DNA from: a virus
Lineage: Duplodnaviria; Caudoviricetes
IMG/VR virus record: IMGVR_UViG_3300028594_000053
Span: 1-24,529 of that record
Length of the DNA stretch: 24,529 bases
Direction: 5' to 3' (one strand)
Part shown: piece after piece, positions 1-7,940 of the stretch
Layout: the number at the start of each line of letters is the position of its first letter
Numbering within the stretch: the stretch's first letter is position 1
Notes under the pieces: model-generated
What the model saw: the letters and a program-made list of their open reading frames with translations, nothing else
What the model was told of the DNA's origin: nothing
The model's database searches: none
Made by a program: the position numbers and the translations under genes

Positions 1-93
1 CATGGGCCGCAGCATCGGCGATACGCAGATTCGCCGCTGGGTCGCCTGGGCAGGTATAGTATATTAAGTATCTATATGTATATTCCTTAGAAA

Positions 94-225
94 AACAGTA
101 CCAAAAGTACTAAAAGTCTAATAAAGCCTATAATGGCAGTGGATAGAGCTATTTTACGTAACAGTACCAAAAGGATACTAAAAGTATTTAAAAGATACCA
201 AAAGTACTAAAAGAGATACTAGAAG
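94..225 (+). repeat. Iteron-like tandem repeats RTAC(C/T)AAAAG, about 8 copies in two clusters; candidate phage replication origin
   Basis: GTACCAAAA 98 and 164, GTACTAAAA 107 and 204, ATACTAAAA 175, GTATTTAAAA 184, ATACCAAAA 195, ATACTAGAA 216; AT-rich non-coding context. Origin function is inference. Confidence 0.6.
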
Positions 226-308
226 GACATAAGAGATATTGAAGTGTGTAAGACGAGGGACTAAGCGAAAGCGAAGGACCGACCAATAAAAGATAGGAGG
301 CGCGCGCC

Positions 309-800
309 GTGACATTAGCGTTAGGACTAATCATATCACTATTATTCGTGATAACACTAATCATAGTGATTGTGGAAGGAAAGAGGAAACGACCGGAAAA
401 GACTGTTTATGATTACGCAATAGAGAATGCAGAAGCACGTAACAAGGCACTTAAAAAAGAATACGACGCACTGGTCAAACTTAGACAGATTAAAGCAGAG
501 AACGAACGCATGAAGCGTAAAATAGATGATTTTGATACAGAAAGAACAACATTCGACAGACCACCGATATTATATCCGCCAACAGAAGAAAGTTTAGAAA
601 GAGAAGGTGGACTATCAAGCGAAGCATATCAAAGGAGGCACGTGGCAGGAGTGGGCGTAAAGTATGAAGTAGTGAACACGAAAGATAATAAGCAGTTGTA
701 TAAAACGTTAAGTTATTCAGAGGCTTTTGTGTGGAAGCAAGGTAACGCTAAGCGATTTTATCCGTACCAATTAGAAATAAGACAGATAATCGATAAGTAA
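309..800 (+). CDS. Hypothetical protein with N-terminal transmembrane anchor and coiled coil
   Basis: AGGAGG SD before GTG; hydrophobic LALGLIISLLFVITLIIVIV followed by KRKR; heptad-like charged segment. Confidence 0.75.
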   Translation: MTLALGLIISLLFVITLIIVIVEGKRKRPEKTVYDYAIENAEARNKALKKEYDALVKLRQIKAENERMKRKIDDFDTERTTFDRPPILYPPTEESLEREGGLSSEAYQRRHVAGVGVKYEVVNTKDNKQLYKTLSYSEAFVWKQGNAKRFYPYQLEIRQIIDK

Positions 801-813
801 GAGGTGACGAGGT

Positions 814-1260
814 TTGAAACTAGGTAAGAACGACATTCCAAAGTTAGAGGAGTATTGGCGGAACTATGCACAGATAGAACGTCAAAAGCGATTCCGAGAA
901 TTTGAATTACTCTATCAAAGTAAAGAAGAACCAACAGGCGGTGGACGTTCCAACACCATCAGTAAGCCAACAGAGCAACAGGTTATTAAGCTATCTAAGG
1001 ACGAGCTATATAATAACCTATCGAACATTGTGGACGCTATAGATAGTATATATAAGCAGGCTAACGAAGAAGAACGATTCATAATACATTGTCGCTACTT
1101 AGACGATAACGTGGAAGTGTATGAGTGGGAGGACATCGCGCACGAACTGACTAAGCAGCGGACAGATGATAAGGTCATTAGTCGTAATGCAGTCCTTAGA
1201 CGACGTAATAAGATAATGCAGCAGACAGCCAAAGAAATCGGCTGGGTAAGTATTATATAA
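814..1260 (+). CDS. rinA: RinA-family late transcriptional activator
   Basis: GGGRSNTISKPTEQQVIKL motif, C-terminal HTH-like WEDIA...RRR...TAKEIGW, position just upstream of HNH/terminase; AAGAGGTGA SD and TTG start. Confidence 0.8.
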   Translation: MKLGKNDIPKLEEYWRNYAQIERQKRFREFELLYQSKEEPTGGGRSNTISKPTEQQVIKLSKDELYNNLSNIVDAIDSIYKQANEEERFIIHCRYLDDNVEVYEWEDIAHELTKQRTDDKVISRNAVLRRRNKIMQQTAKEIGWVSII

Positions 1261-1262
1261 AG

Positions 1263-1307
1263 CGAACTTTCCAACATAGAGAAGTTCGGTTATAACTCAT
1301 GTAAATT
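1263..1307 (+). promoter_or_regulatory. Putative activator-dependent late promoter
   Basis: Inverted repeat CGAACTT(1263-1269)-N12-AAGTTCG(1282-1288) directly after the rinA stop, then a -10-like TAAATT (1302-1307) with no consensus -35. Confidence 0.55.
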
Positions 1308-1313
1308 GATAGT

Positions 1314-1455
1314 ATAGAAAATATATCAAATAGGAAGCACATTCTTGTTACTTCCTTAACACTGATATGTTTCTATGTGTAGACAGATTATCCTTTCCTT
1401 AATCTTTCCTTTTGTGGTGTGAAGTCACTCGATAATATTCGAGTGGCTTTTTTAT
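1314..1455 (+). ncRNA. Structured late leader or candidate sRNA with CU-rich loops
   Basis: Stem ATAGAAA..ATATCA / TGATAT..TTTCTAT (1314-1376) enclosing AGGAAG/CTTCCT; hairpin AGATTA-TCCTTTCCT-TAATCT (1385-1405); ends in a terminator. Confidence 0.45.
1422..1453 (+). terminator. Intrinsic terminator upstream of HNH
   Basis: AAGTCACTCGA-TAATAT-TCGAGTGGCTT followed by a T run. Confidence 0.75.
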
Positions 1456-1482
1456 TTGATTGATAAAAGGAAGTGATTCAGA

Positions 1483-1812
1483 TTGTACGACACAAGACAA
1501 GAACGAATGAAGTTCTATAAGTCGAAGGTGTGGGAACGCACAAGACGACTTGTGATGCAACGCGATAACTATGAGTGTCAAGAGTGCGCACGTAATGGAC
1601 GTGTGACGACATTCGCACATAAACCGGATAAGCACAAAGTTTTAGAGATTCACCATATCGAATCGTTAAAAGACAATCCGGAAAAAGCGCTCGAAATGGA
1701 CAACCTCGAAACGCTATGCATCAAGTGTCACAACAAGGCGGAAGGACGGTTCCAATTCAGACCGCCAAAACCGCCAAAAACGAACAAGTGGTCACACGAT
1801 GAAAAGTGGTAA
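1483..1812 (+). CDS. HNH endonuclease, terminase-associated (HK97 gp74-like)
   Basis: FYKSKVW..R, RDNYECQEC, IHHI, NLETLCIKCHN motifs; adjacent to cos and terS. Confidence 0.92.
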   Translation: MYDTRQERMKFYKSKVWERTRRLVMQRDNYECQECARNGRVTTFAHKPDKHKVLEIHHIESLKDNPEKALEMDNLETLCIKCHNKAEGRFQFRPPKPPKTNKWSHDEKW

Positions 1813-1899
1813 AAAGGCCCAAAATAGAGAACGGCCAAAAATGGTCGAGGTAGAAAAGGACCTAAAACGTGTGGAGGACAAAAACGAGTAAAAACGAAC

Positions 1900-1960
1900 A
1901 CCCCCGGCCTAAACCAAACGGACTTAAATTTCGTACGGGGAAACGGCGCAGGGGGATTCA
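1900..1960 (+). other. Putative cos region; candidate 3' overhang core CGGCGCAGGG near 1944-1953
   Basis: Lies between HNH and terS; CCCCCGG ... GGGGAAACGGCGCAGGGGG layout resembles Firmicute 3'-cos phages; A-tracts upstream. Exact cut site not determinable. Confidence 0.6.
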
Positions 1961-2039
1961 ATTCCGCAGATTTGAAAGTAAAACCTTCACGCGTACTAAA
2001 CAATTATATAATAAATATTTTTTGAAGGTGGTGAACATA

Positions 2040-2366
2040 ATGGCAGAAATAGATTTCAGACTTGCGCAGTATCTAAACGACAAAATCGACACGGATAACG
2101 CTTTGATGGTGGAAGCAGTTGAAAGATATGTTAACTTGCTTAAGTTGTTTAATGATATGCAGGAAGTAATAGACGATGAGGGCCCGAGTGTGGTAGTTCA
2201 AACCACTACAGGTAGCACGGTCAAATCCCACCCGCTTATTAGTGACATGAAAAATATTAATGCGCAGTTGATTAACTTGAAGAAGGACATCGACAAACAT
2301 ATCTTAGAACACGCCGAAGAATTGAAGGCTAAGGCCGACGAATACGACGCCGGTCAATTACTATGA
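2040..2366 (+). CDS. terS: Terminase small subunit (P27-like), 108 aa
   Basis: SD GAAGGTGGTG before ATG 2040; GPSVVV..TGSTVKSHPLI motif; overlaps terL start (ATGA). Confidence 0.85.
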   Translation: MAEIDFRLAQYLNDKIDTDNALMVEAVERYVNLLKLFNDMQEVIDDEGPSVVVQTTTGSTVKSHPLISDMKNINAQLINLKKDIDKHILEHAEELKAKADEYDAGQLL

Positions 2367-4015
2367 TTAACGAGCATGTAACGAAATATATTCAGATGCA
2401 CAAGGATAAACAAATCATATTAAACAAAGCGCGTGTTCAACTTATCGAGTTGCTAGAATCTGAAATATTTCCACGAATCGAAAGTGGGGAACTTCATTTC
2501 GATAACGAGATGATAGAGAACTGTATTCAGTTTATAGAAAAGTGGTACTTCCCGTTAAAGGAATTTCAAAAGTTTTTAATCAGTTTTATATTCCTTTTCG
2601 ATGCACAGAATCGCGCCTATTATAACGAATTTCTAATCATGATGGGCCGCGGTGGTGGTAAGAATGGATTTATAACTGGCGTTAGTCATTTCTTAATATC
2701 CGAATTGCACGGGATAAGAGAATATAACGGTTCGCTTGTGGCGAACTCGGAAAATCAAGCGATGGTGTCGTTCGAAGAAATGTACAATTCCATTGTGGAT
2801 AGTGACTTATTAAGTAAAGCATTTAGAACGACTAAGAAACGCATTGATTCGAAAGGGACCCGGTCGAAATATGAATATCACACGTCAAGCGCGAAAACGA
2901 AAGACGGCTTACGTGATGGATTCGTAATCTTTGACGAGATTCACGAATACGAAAATGCGGAACTGGTGAACACTTTCCGAAGCGGTCTAGGTAAGCGCCC
3001 ACAGCCGAGAACGTTCTACATCGGTACTGATGGTTACTTACGTGATGGATTCATTGACACAATGAAGAAAACCGCTAAGAACATACTGGAAGGCGAAGTT
3101 CCACAGTCCCGATTATTCCCGTTCATATGTAAGCTGGACGATGAAAAAGAGGTCTTCGATACCGACTTGTGGCAGAAAGCCAATCCACAGTTTGAGGCGC
3201 CGGTTAGTGATTACGGAATGAACTTATTCATAACAGTTAAGTCGGATTTTGATAAGTTCGAATATGATTCCACAAGCCGCGCCGAGTTTATGACTAAACG
3301 CATGAACATGCCGGAAGAAGACCTCGAGAAAATCGTGGCGACCTGGGAAGACATTCAAGCGGCCAGTCGACCAATGCCGCTGCTTAAAGATAGGGCGGCA
3401 ATTGTGGGCGTCGATTACGCAAGTGTCCGAGATTTTGCAGCCGTTGGATTCTTATTCCGTGTGGATAACGATTACGTGTGGCACACGCACAGCTTCGCAC
3501 GGCGCGAGTTTTTAGACAAAGTGAGCTTAGGGCCACCGATTGACGAGTGGGCCGACAAGGGTTATTTAACTATCATAGACGCGCCGACGATTCCACCCGA
3601 AGCGCTTAGTGATTGGGTAGAAAAGGAAGCGAAGAAATATAACATCAAGGTCAAGAAAGTTATGGTCGACCGCTTCCGCTATGACATTACCCGGCCAGCG
3701 TTTCAAGATGCAGGATTCGAAATCGAATCGCTTAATTATATGCCTTCAATCCACGCACAACTCGCGCCCCGCGTTGAAACGATTTTCTCAAATCGTCAAG
3801 TAGTTTGGGGCGATAATCCGCTGATGCGCTGGTATACCAATAACACAGCCGTCAAGATTAAAAAAGATGGAAACAAAGAATATATCAAGAAGGACCCCGT
3901 AAGGCGTAAAACCGATGGTTTTCATGCCTTTTTACATGCCTTGTATCGTACCGACGAAGTTCTTGGCCAAGATATTGGCGAATCGATGGACTTCTTAGAT
4001 AAGTTACTCGGCTAA
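2363..4015 (+). CDS. terL: Terminase large subunit
   Basis: Walker A MGRGGGKN, Walker B VIFDEIHEY, WQKANP, nuclease GVDYAS..DFAA and RKTDG motifs. Confidence 0.97.
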   Translation: MINEHVTKYIQMHKDKQIILNKARVQLIELLESEIFPRIESGELHFDNEMIENCIQFIEKWYFPLKEFQKFLISFIFLFDAQNRAYYNEFLIMMGRGGGKNGFITGVSHFLISELHGIREYNGSLVANSENQAMVSFEEMYNSIVDSDLLSKAFRTTKKRIDSKGTRSKYEYHTSSAKTKDGLRDGFVIFDEIHEYENAELVNTFRSGLGKRPQPRTFYIGTDGYLRDGFIDTMKKTAKNILEGEVPQSRLFPFICKLDDEKEVFDTDLWQKANPQFEAPVSDYGMNLFITVKSDFDKFEYDSTSRAEFMTKRMNMPEEDLEKIVATWEDIQAASRPMPLLKDRAAIVGVDYASVRDFAAVGFLFRVDNDYVWHTHSFARREFLDKVSLGPPIDEWADKGYLTIIDAPTIPPEALSDWVEKEAKKYNIKVKKVMVDRFRYDITRPAFQDAGFEIESLNYMPSIHAQLAPRVETIFSNRQVVWGDNPLMRWYTNNTAVKIKKDGNKEYIKKDPVRRKTDGFHAFLHALYRTDEVLGQDIGESMDFLDKLLG

Positions 4016-4059
4016 TGATTCTTTGTGGAAGTCGAAAAAGAAAGGAGTGGTGAGGCAGT

Positions 4060-5220
4060 GTGAATATTTTAAATTTCTTTAAACGCGGTTCAAATAAGCA
4101 ACTTTTATCTGAAATGGTTCTCGTCGACACGACTAACCGAGTATATCTTAAGCGGCTCGCGCTTAATATATGTGTCAACTATATAGCGCGTTCCATCTCA
4201 AATAGTGAGTTCCGTGTTATGGATAATTCCAAAGTGATGCGGGACACATTGCATTATAAGTTGAACGTCCGCCCGAATACAGATTCGAGCGCGGCAGACT
4301 TTTGGCAACATATCATACAGCGTCTAATTATTGATAATGAAGTTTTAATCATTAAAACGGACACTGACGACTTGGTAGTCGCCGACGACTTTGAACGCGT
4401 TGAAAGTGCTTTATATGATGATATATTCCGTCACGTTGTGGTCAAAGATTACGAATATAATCGTAACTTCACAATGAGCGAAGTGGTTTATATGACTTAT
4501 AACAATGAGCGCTTAAGTTCCTTTGTGGACGACCTATATAAAGACTATGGTCGACTATTTGGACAGATGATGGATAATTCAATGCGCGCCAATCAGTTGC
4601 GCGGTTACTATCGTTTTAAAGACGGCGGTAACTTATCAAAAGAAGCATTTGAACGTCAAAAAGCACAAGTCGAACAGCTTTCCAAAATATTCGAGGACAA
4701 GAGCGTCGCATATGCGCCGCTGACGGAGGGAATCGAGTTTGAGGACCTAACACCCTCGAATACAAATAAAGACGAATCTGTGAAGGATTTGGTAGGGATA
4801 AAGCGAGATTTGACGAGCGACGTGGCGAAGATGCTCGGTATACCCGTCAACTTGATACACGGTGATGTCGCAGACATCGAAAAATCAATTGATGCATATA
4901 TCACGTTTTGTATTGAACCATTGATGAAGAAAATTGCTGATGAATTGAACGCGAAGTTTTTCACACAGGCCGAATACTTAGGCGGTAAACGCGTGAAGAT
5001 TATCGGCATTAATAAGATGAATCCACTTAAACACGCCGAGGCGGCCGACAAACTTATCGCAAGTCGAACATATTCACCGAATGACATTCGCGAAATGTTT
5101 GGCGACGAGCGTAAGGACGACCCGGAAATGGAACGCCACGTAATGACTAAGAATTACGAGCATGTGGAGGATTCCGAAGGAGGTGAGAACAATAGCGAAT
5201 CAGAAGAACCAACTGAATAA
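4060..5220 (+). CDS. Portal protein (HK97 family)
   Basis: LHYKLNVRPN, VAKMLGIP, CIEPL, SPNDIRE motifs; follows terL. Confidence 0.95.
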   Translation: MNILNFFKRGSNKQLLSEMVLVDTTNRVYLKRLALNICVNYIARSISNSEFRVMDNSKVMRDTLHYKLNVRPNTDSSAADFWQHIIQRLIIDNEVLIIKTDTDDLVVADDFERVESALYDDIFRHVVVKDYEYNRNFTMSEVVYMTYNNERLSSFVDDLYKDYGRLFGQMMDNSMRANQLRGYYRFKDGGNLSKEAFERQKAQVEQLSKIFEDKSVAYAPLTEGIEFEDLTPSNTNKDESVKDLVGIKRDLTSDVAKMLGIPVNLIHGDVADIEKSIDAYITFCIEPLMKKIADELNAKFFTQAEYLGGKRVKIIGINKMNPLKHAEAADKLIASRTYSPNDIREMFGDERKDDPEMERHVMTKNYEHVEDSEGGENNSESEEPTE

Positions 5221-6082
5221 GATTCATAACGTGACACCCGTTTTTAAAAATGAAGACACGAAAGAGAATCACATTTTGACACTGTCCGGCGTTGTAAGCG
5301 AGGGCGGTTTTTTTAATGACCAAACTATCAACGCGAAAGATGTCCGCGAGGCATTGGACGACGTCGATAAGAACATCATTATAAGGCTGAATAGTGGCGG
5401 CGGTGATGTCTTTCAAGGTGTAGAAATTTATAACTACCTTAAAGGATTGAAAAGCCACGTAACGGTCGAGGTTACAGCCCTGGCCGCTTCCGCTGCTTCA
5501 TTGATTGCAATGGCGGCCGACAAAATTGTTATTCGCACAGGCGCCAACATGATGGTGCATGAGGCGTCCACGTTCGCGTTCGGTAATAAAAACGATATTC
5601 AAAAGACATTGAACGCTTTAATGGCCATTGATGAATCGATTATCGACATTTATGCCGAGCGTACCGGACTAGAACGCGAAGAAATTATCGACTTTGTCAA
5701 AAGTGAGAAATGGTTCACAGCATCGGAAGCGGTCAAAAAAGGATTTGCCGACGAGAAATCAAGTAAGAAAGCCGTCGAAGAATCCGACGAGAAAGGTGGT
5801 GTGGACAATATGTCAAAAGACAAAATCGTTGCTTTACTCAAACAAAATCAAAGCATCTTAAATGATTTGATTGAGAACGAAGAAGACGAGCCAGTCGAAC
5901 CAAAAGAACCCGACGAAACGCTAGAAGAAAAACTCGACGAAATCGTTGAGAAGTTGGGGGACGTCGACGACCGCGTTAAGAAGTTAGAGGAATCTAACGA
6001 AGATGATTCAGATGAAGAATCAGAAGAACAACAAACGGAATCAGACAGCCCGCAAAACAAGGGCAGAAAATTATATTTCTAA
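5192..6082 (+). CDS. ClpP-like head maturation protease with acidic C-terminal scaffold-like extension; probable ATA start at 5192 (ORF open from ATG 5162)
   Basis: LNSGGGDVFQG, LAASAASLI (catalytic Ser), MMVH, EKWFTASEAVKKGFAD; strong SD AAGGAGGTGA (5177-5186) points to ATA 5192. Confidence 0.9.
   Translation: MANQKNQLNKIHNVTPVFKNEDTKENHILTLSGVVSEGGFFNDQTINAKDVREALDDVDKNIIIRLNSGGGDVFQGVEIYNYLKGLKSHVTVEVTALAASAASLIAMAADKIVIRTGANMMVHEASTFAFGNKNDIQKTLNALMAIDESIIDIYAERTGLEREEIIDFVKSEKWFTASEAVKKGFADEKSSKKAVEESDEKGGVDNMSKDKIVALLKQNQSILNDLIENEEDEPVEPKEPDETLEEKLDEIVEKLGDVDDRVKKLEESNEDDSDEESEEQQTESDSPQNKGRKLYF
5810..6082 (+). CDS. Putative nested in-frame scaffolding protein (90 aa) from an internal start in the protease gene
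   Basis: SD AAAGGTGGTG 5792-5801 (same type as terS and tal) before in-frame ATG 5810, just after the ClpP domain; acidic coiled coil ending RKLYF. Confidence 0.55.
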   Translation: MSKDKIVALLKQNQSILNDLIENEEDEPVEPKEPDETLEEKLDEIVEKLGDVDDRVKKLEESNEDDSDEESEEQQTESDSPQNKGRKLYF

Positions 6083-6099
6083 AAAGGAGTTTTTAAATT

Positions 6100-7293
6100 A
6101 TGGCAATTACATTTGGTCAAGACATTAAAGAAAATGTAGAAAACGCACGACAGAATTATTTAAACCTTGTGGAAGAAGGTGCAGACAGCGAAAAGATTGA
6201 AGCGGCACAAGGTGAATACATGACACAGTATTCAGAAATGATTAAGAACGACATCATGGACCAAGCGAAGCAAGAAGCTAGACGCGGTACAGATGATACA
6301 AACATCGCAATCGCACGTGGTCAAAATCCACTCACAGCAGAAGAACGTAAGTTCATTAATGAATTAGTGAATCCGGACACTGAAACTTATAAAGAAGGTT
6401 CAATCATTCCGGAAACAATTATCGAAAGAGTATTCGAAGATGCGCAACTTTCACGCCCAATCTTAAACGAGATTAACTTCAAAGTGTCCGGCATCAATAC
6501 ACGCTTAATCTTAGCGGATAGAGAAGGCCAGGCAGTATGGGGCGAAATCTTTAATAAGATTCAAGGCCAAATCGATGCGAACTTCCGTGAAGTTAACTTC
6601 TCACAAAATAAATTAACAGCGTTCGCAGTTGTACCAAAAGATTTACTTGAATTTGGTCCACGCTGGGTAGAGCGTTTTGTCCGTGAACAATTAGCGGAAG
6701 CAATCGCGGTCGCACTTGAATATGGTGTCGTTAAAGGACGCGGCACAAGCGCACACGAACCAATCGGACTTATGAAAGACGCGGTCAAAGATGATGATGG
6801 CAACATCACAAGCGTAACGGATAAACCAGTAAGCGGCACGCTAACGTTTGCAGATATGCGCACAACAGCGCAAGAACTTGCTGGCGTTATGACTACTCTA
6901 TCCGTTAAAGAAAACGGGAACCCGGTCAATGTTGCGGGCAAAGTTGTTTTCGCAGTGTCACCAGCAGACCAATTTATGGTGCAGTCACAATATACAGTGC
7001 AAACAGCTAACGGCCAGTGGGTGACTAACTTACCTTATAACATTCGCGTCGTGGCAACTGACCAAGTGCCACAAGGTCAATTACTCGCGTTTGTAAACGA
7101 TAGATATGAAGCAGTGAACACTGGTTCAGTCGACATTAAACGCTATGACCAAACACTCGCACTTGAAGACGCAGACGTGTTTATCACTAAACACTTCGCA
7201 CACGGTATGCCAGTTGATAATAAAGCGGCTGCGCTTTATGACTTAGACATTGACGGCGTTCCATCATTAGAAGAAGGCGCAGACACTCCCTAA
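6100..7293 (+). CDS. Major capsid protein (HK97 fold)
   Basis: IIPETIIERVFED, AVWGEIF..IQGQIDA.F, KLTAFAVVPKDLLEFGP.W, YDQTLALED motifs; AAGGAG SD; ends GAC ACT CCC TAA. Confidence 0.96.
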   Translation: MAITFGQDIKENVENARQNYLNLVEEGADSEKIEAAQGEYMTQYSEMIKNDIMDQAKQEARRGTDDTNIAIARGQNPLTAEERKFINELVNPDTETYKEGSIIPETIIERVFEDAQLSRPILNEINFKVSGINTRLILADREGQAVWGEIFNKIQGQIDANFREVNFSQNKLTAFAVVPKDLLEFGPRWVERFVREQLAEAIAVALEYGVVKGRGTSAHEPIGLMKDAVKDDDGNITSVTDKPVSGTLTFADMRTTAQELAGVMTTLSVKENGNPVNVAGKVVFAVSPADQFMVQSQYTVQTANGQWVTNLPYNIRVVATDQVPQGQLLAFVNDRYEAVNTGSVDIKRYDQTLALEDADVFITKHFAHGMPVDNKAAALYDLDIDGVPSLEEGADTP

Positions 7294-7351
7294 TTCACCC
7301 GGTGGGATAGGGGAAGCCGAAATCGGAAATAACTTTGTGATAGGAGGCTAA
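7288..7351 (+). other. Predicted +1 programmed frameshift at CCC-TAA adding NSPGGIGEAEIGNNFVIGG to the capsid protein
   Basis: CCC 7288-7290, TAA 7291-7293; +1 frame open to TAA 7349-7351; paralogous to the extension after the major tail gene. Confidence 0.8.
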
Positions 7352-7354
7352 CAG

Positions 7355-7621
7355 ATGGCAAATAAGACAGAATTAAAAAACCGTCTAGTCGAAGGTCATG
7401 TCGTAACCGAGCAAGATATGCATGACCTTATCGACGTGGCTGGCAAGCAAGGACCGAAAGGGGACCCAGGCGAAGACGGGAAACCAGGTCCACAAGGTGA
7501 CCCGGGACAACCTGGCGAGCCTGGTGCTGATGGATTTGGCACAAAAGCCCAATATGAAGATATTATCGCAAGATTAGAGGCGCTAGAAGGCGCCGGAAGT
7601 GATGAAGCGCCTTCTGAATAA
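7355..7621 (+). CDS. Collagen-like virion decoration / head-fibre protein
   Basis: About 10 Gly-X-Y triplets followed by GADGFGTKAQYEDIIARLEALE, which resembles the SPP1 gp12 C-terminus as I recall it; AGGAGG SD. Confidence 0.8.
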   Translation: MANKTELKNRLVEGHVVTEQDMHDLIDVAGKQGPKGDPGEDGKPGPQGDPGQPGEPGADGFGTKAQYEDIIARLEALEGAGSDEAPSE

Positions 7622-7637
7622 TTGGAGGTGTTGACAC

Positions 7638-7940
7638 ATGGCGAATATCAAAGATGACCATTTAAAAATCTTAAAGAAAAGATTACGTGTCTATCATAGT
7701 CATGAAGATGATTTAATAAAATCGTTGCTTCAATCATCATATGATTTTATTAGTGGTAAATGTGGGGACTTTGATATGGACGACGACAGGGACGGGGCCG
7801 AACTTGTATATAACCGCGCAAGATTTGACTATAATAATGCGCTGGAATACTTCGACGACGCCTATATGTCCCTTGTGGTGGCGTTCAGTTTAAAAAACCT
7901 AGATTTGGTCGGAACTGAAAGCGGTGAGGCTGATGGTTAG
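7638..7940 (+). CDS. Head-tail connector (gp6-like)
   Basis: LKKRLRVYHSHEDDLIKSLL, ELVYNRARFDYNNALEYF; synteny. Confidence 0.8.
   Translation: MANIKDDHLKILKKRLRVYHSHEDDLIKSLLQSSYDFISGKCGDFDMDDDRDGAELVYNRARFDYNNALEYFDDAYMSLVVAFSLKNLDLVGTESGEADG

Noticed and set aside
253-283. GCGAAAGC mini-hairpin as a ribozyme or single-strand origin
   Set aside because: No flanking helices or catalytic core could be assembled.
1483-1812. HNH as a homing endonuclease or intron
   Set aside because: Size, motifs and position next to cos/terS fit a terminase cofactor; terL and the lysin appear uninterrupted.
1869-2039. 57-codon N-terminal extension of terS in the ORF track
   Set aside because: Runs across the cos region with no SD; a clear SD precedes ATG 2040.
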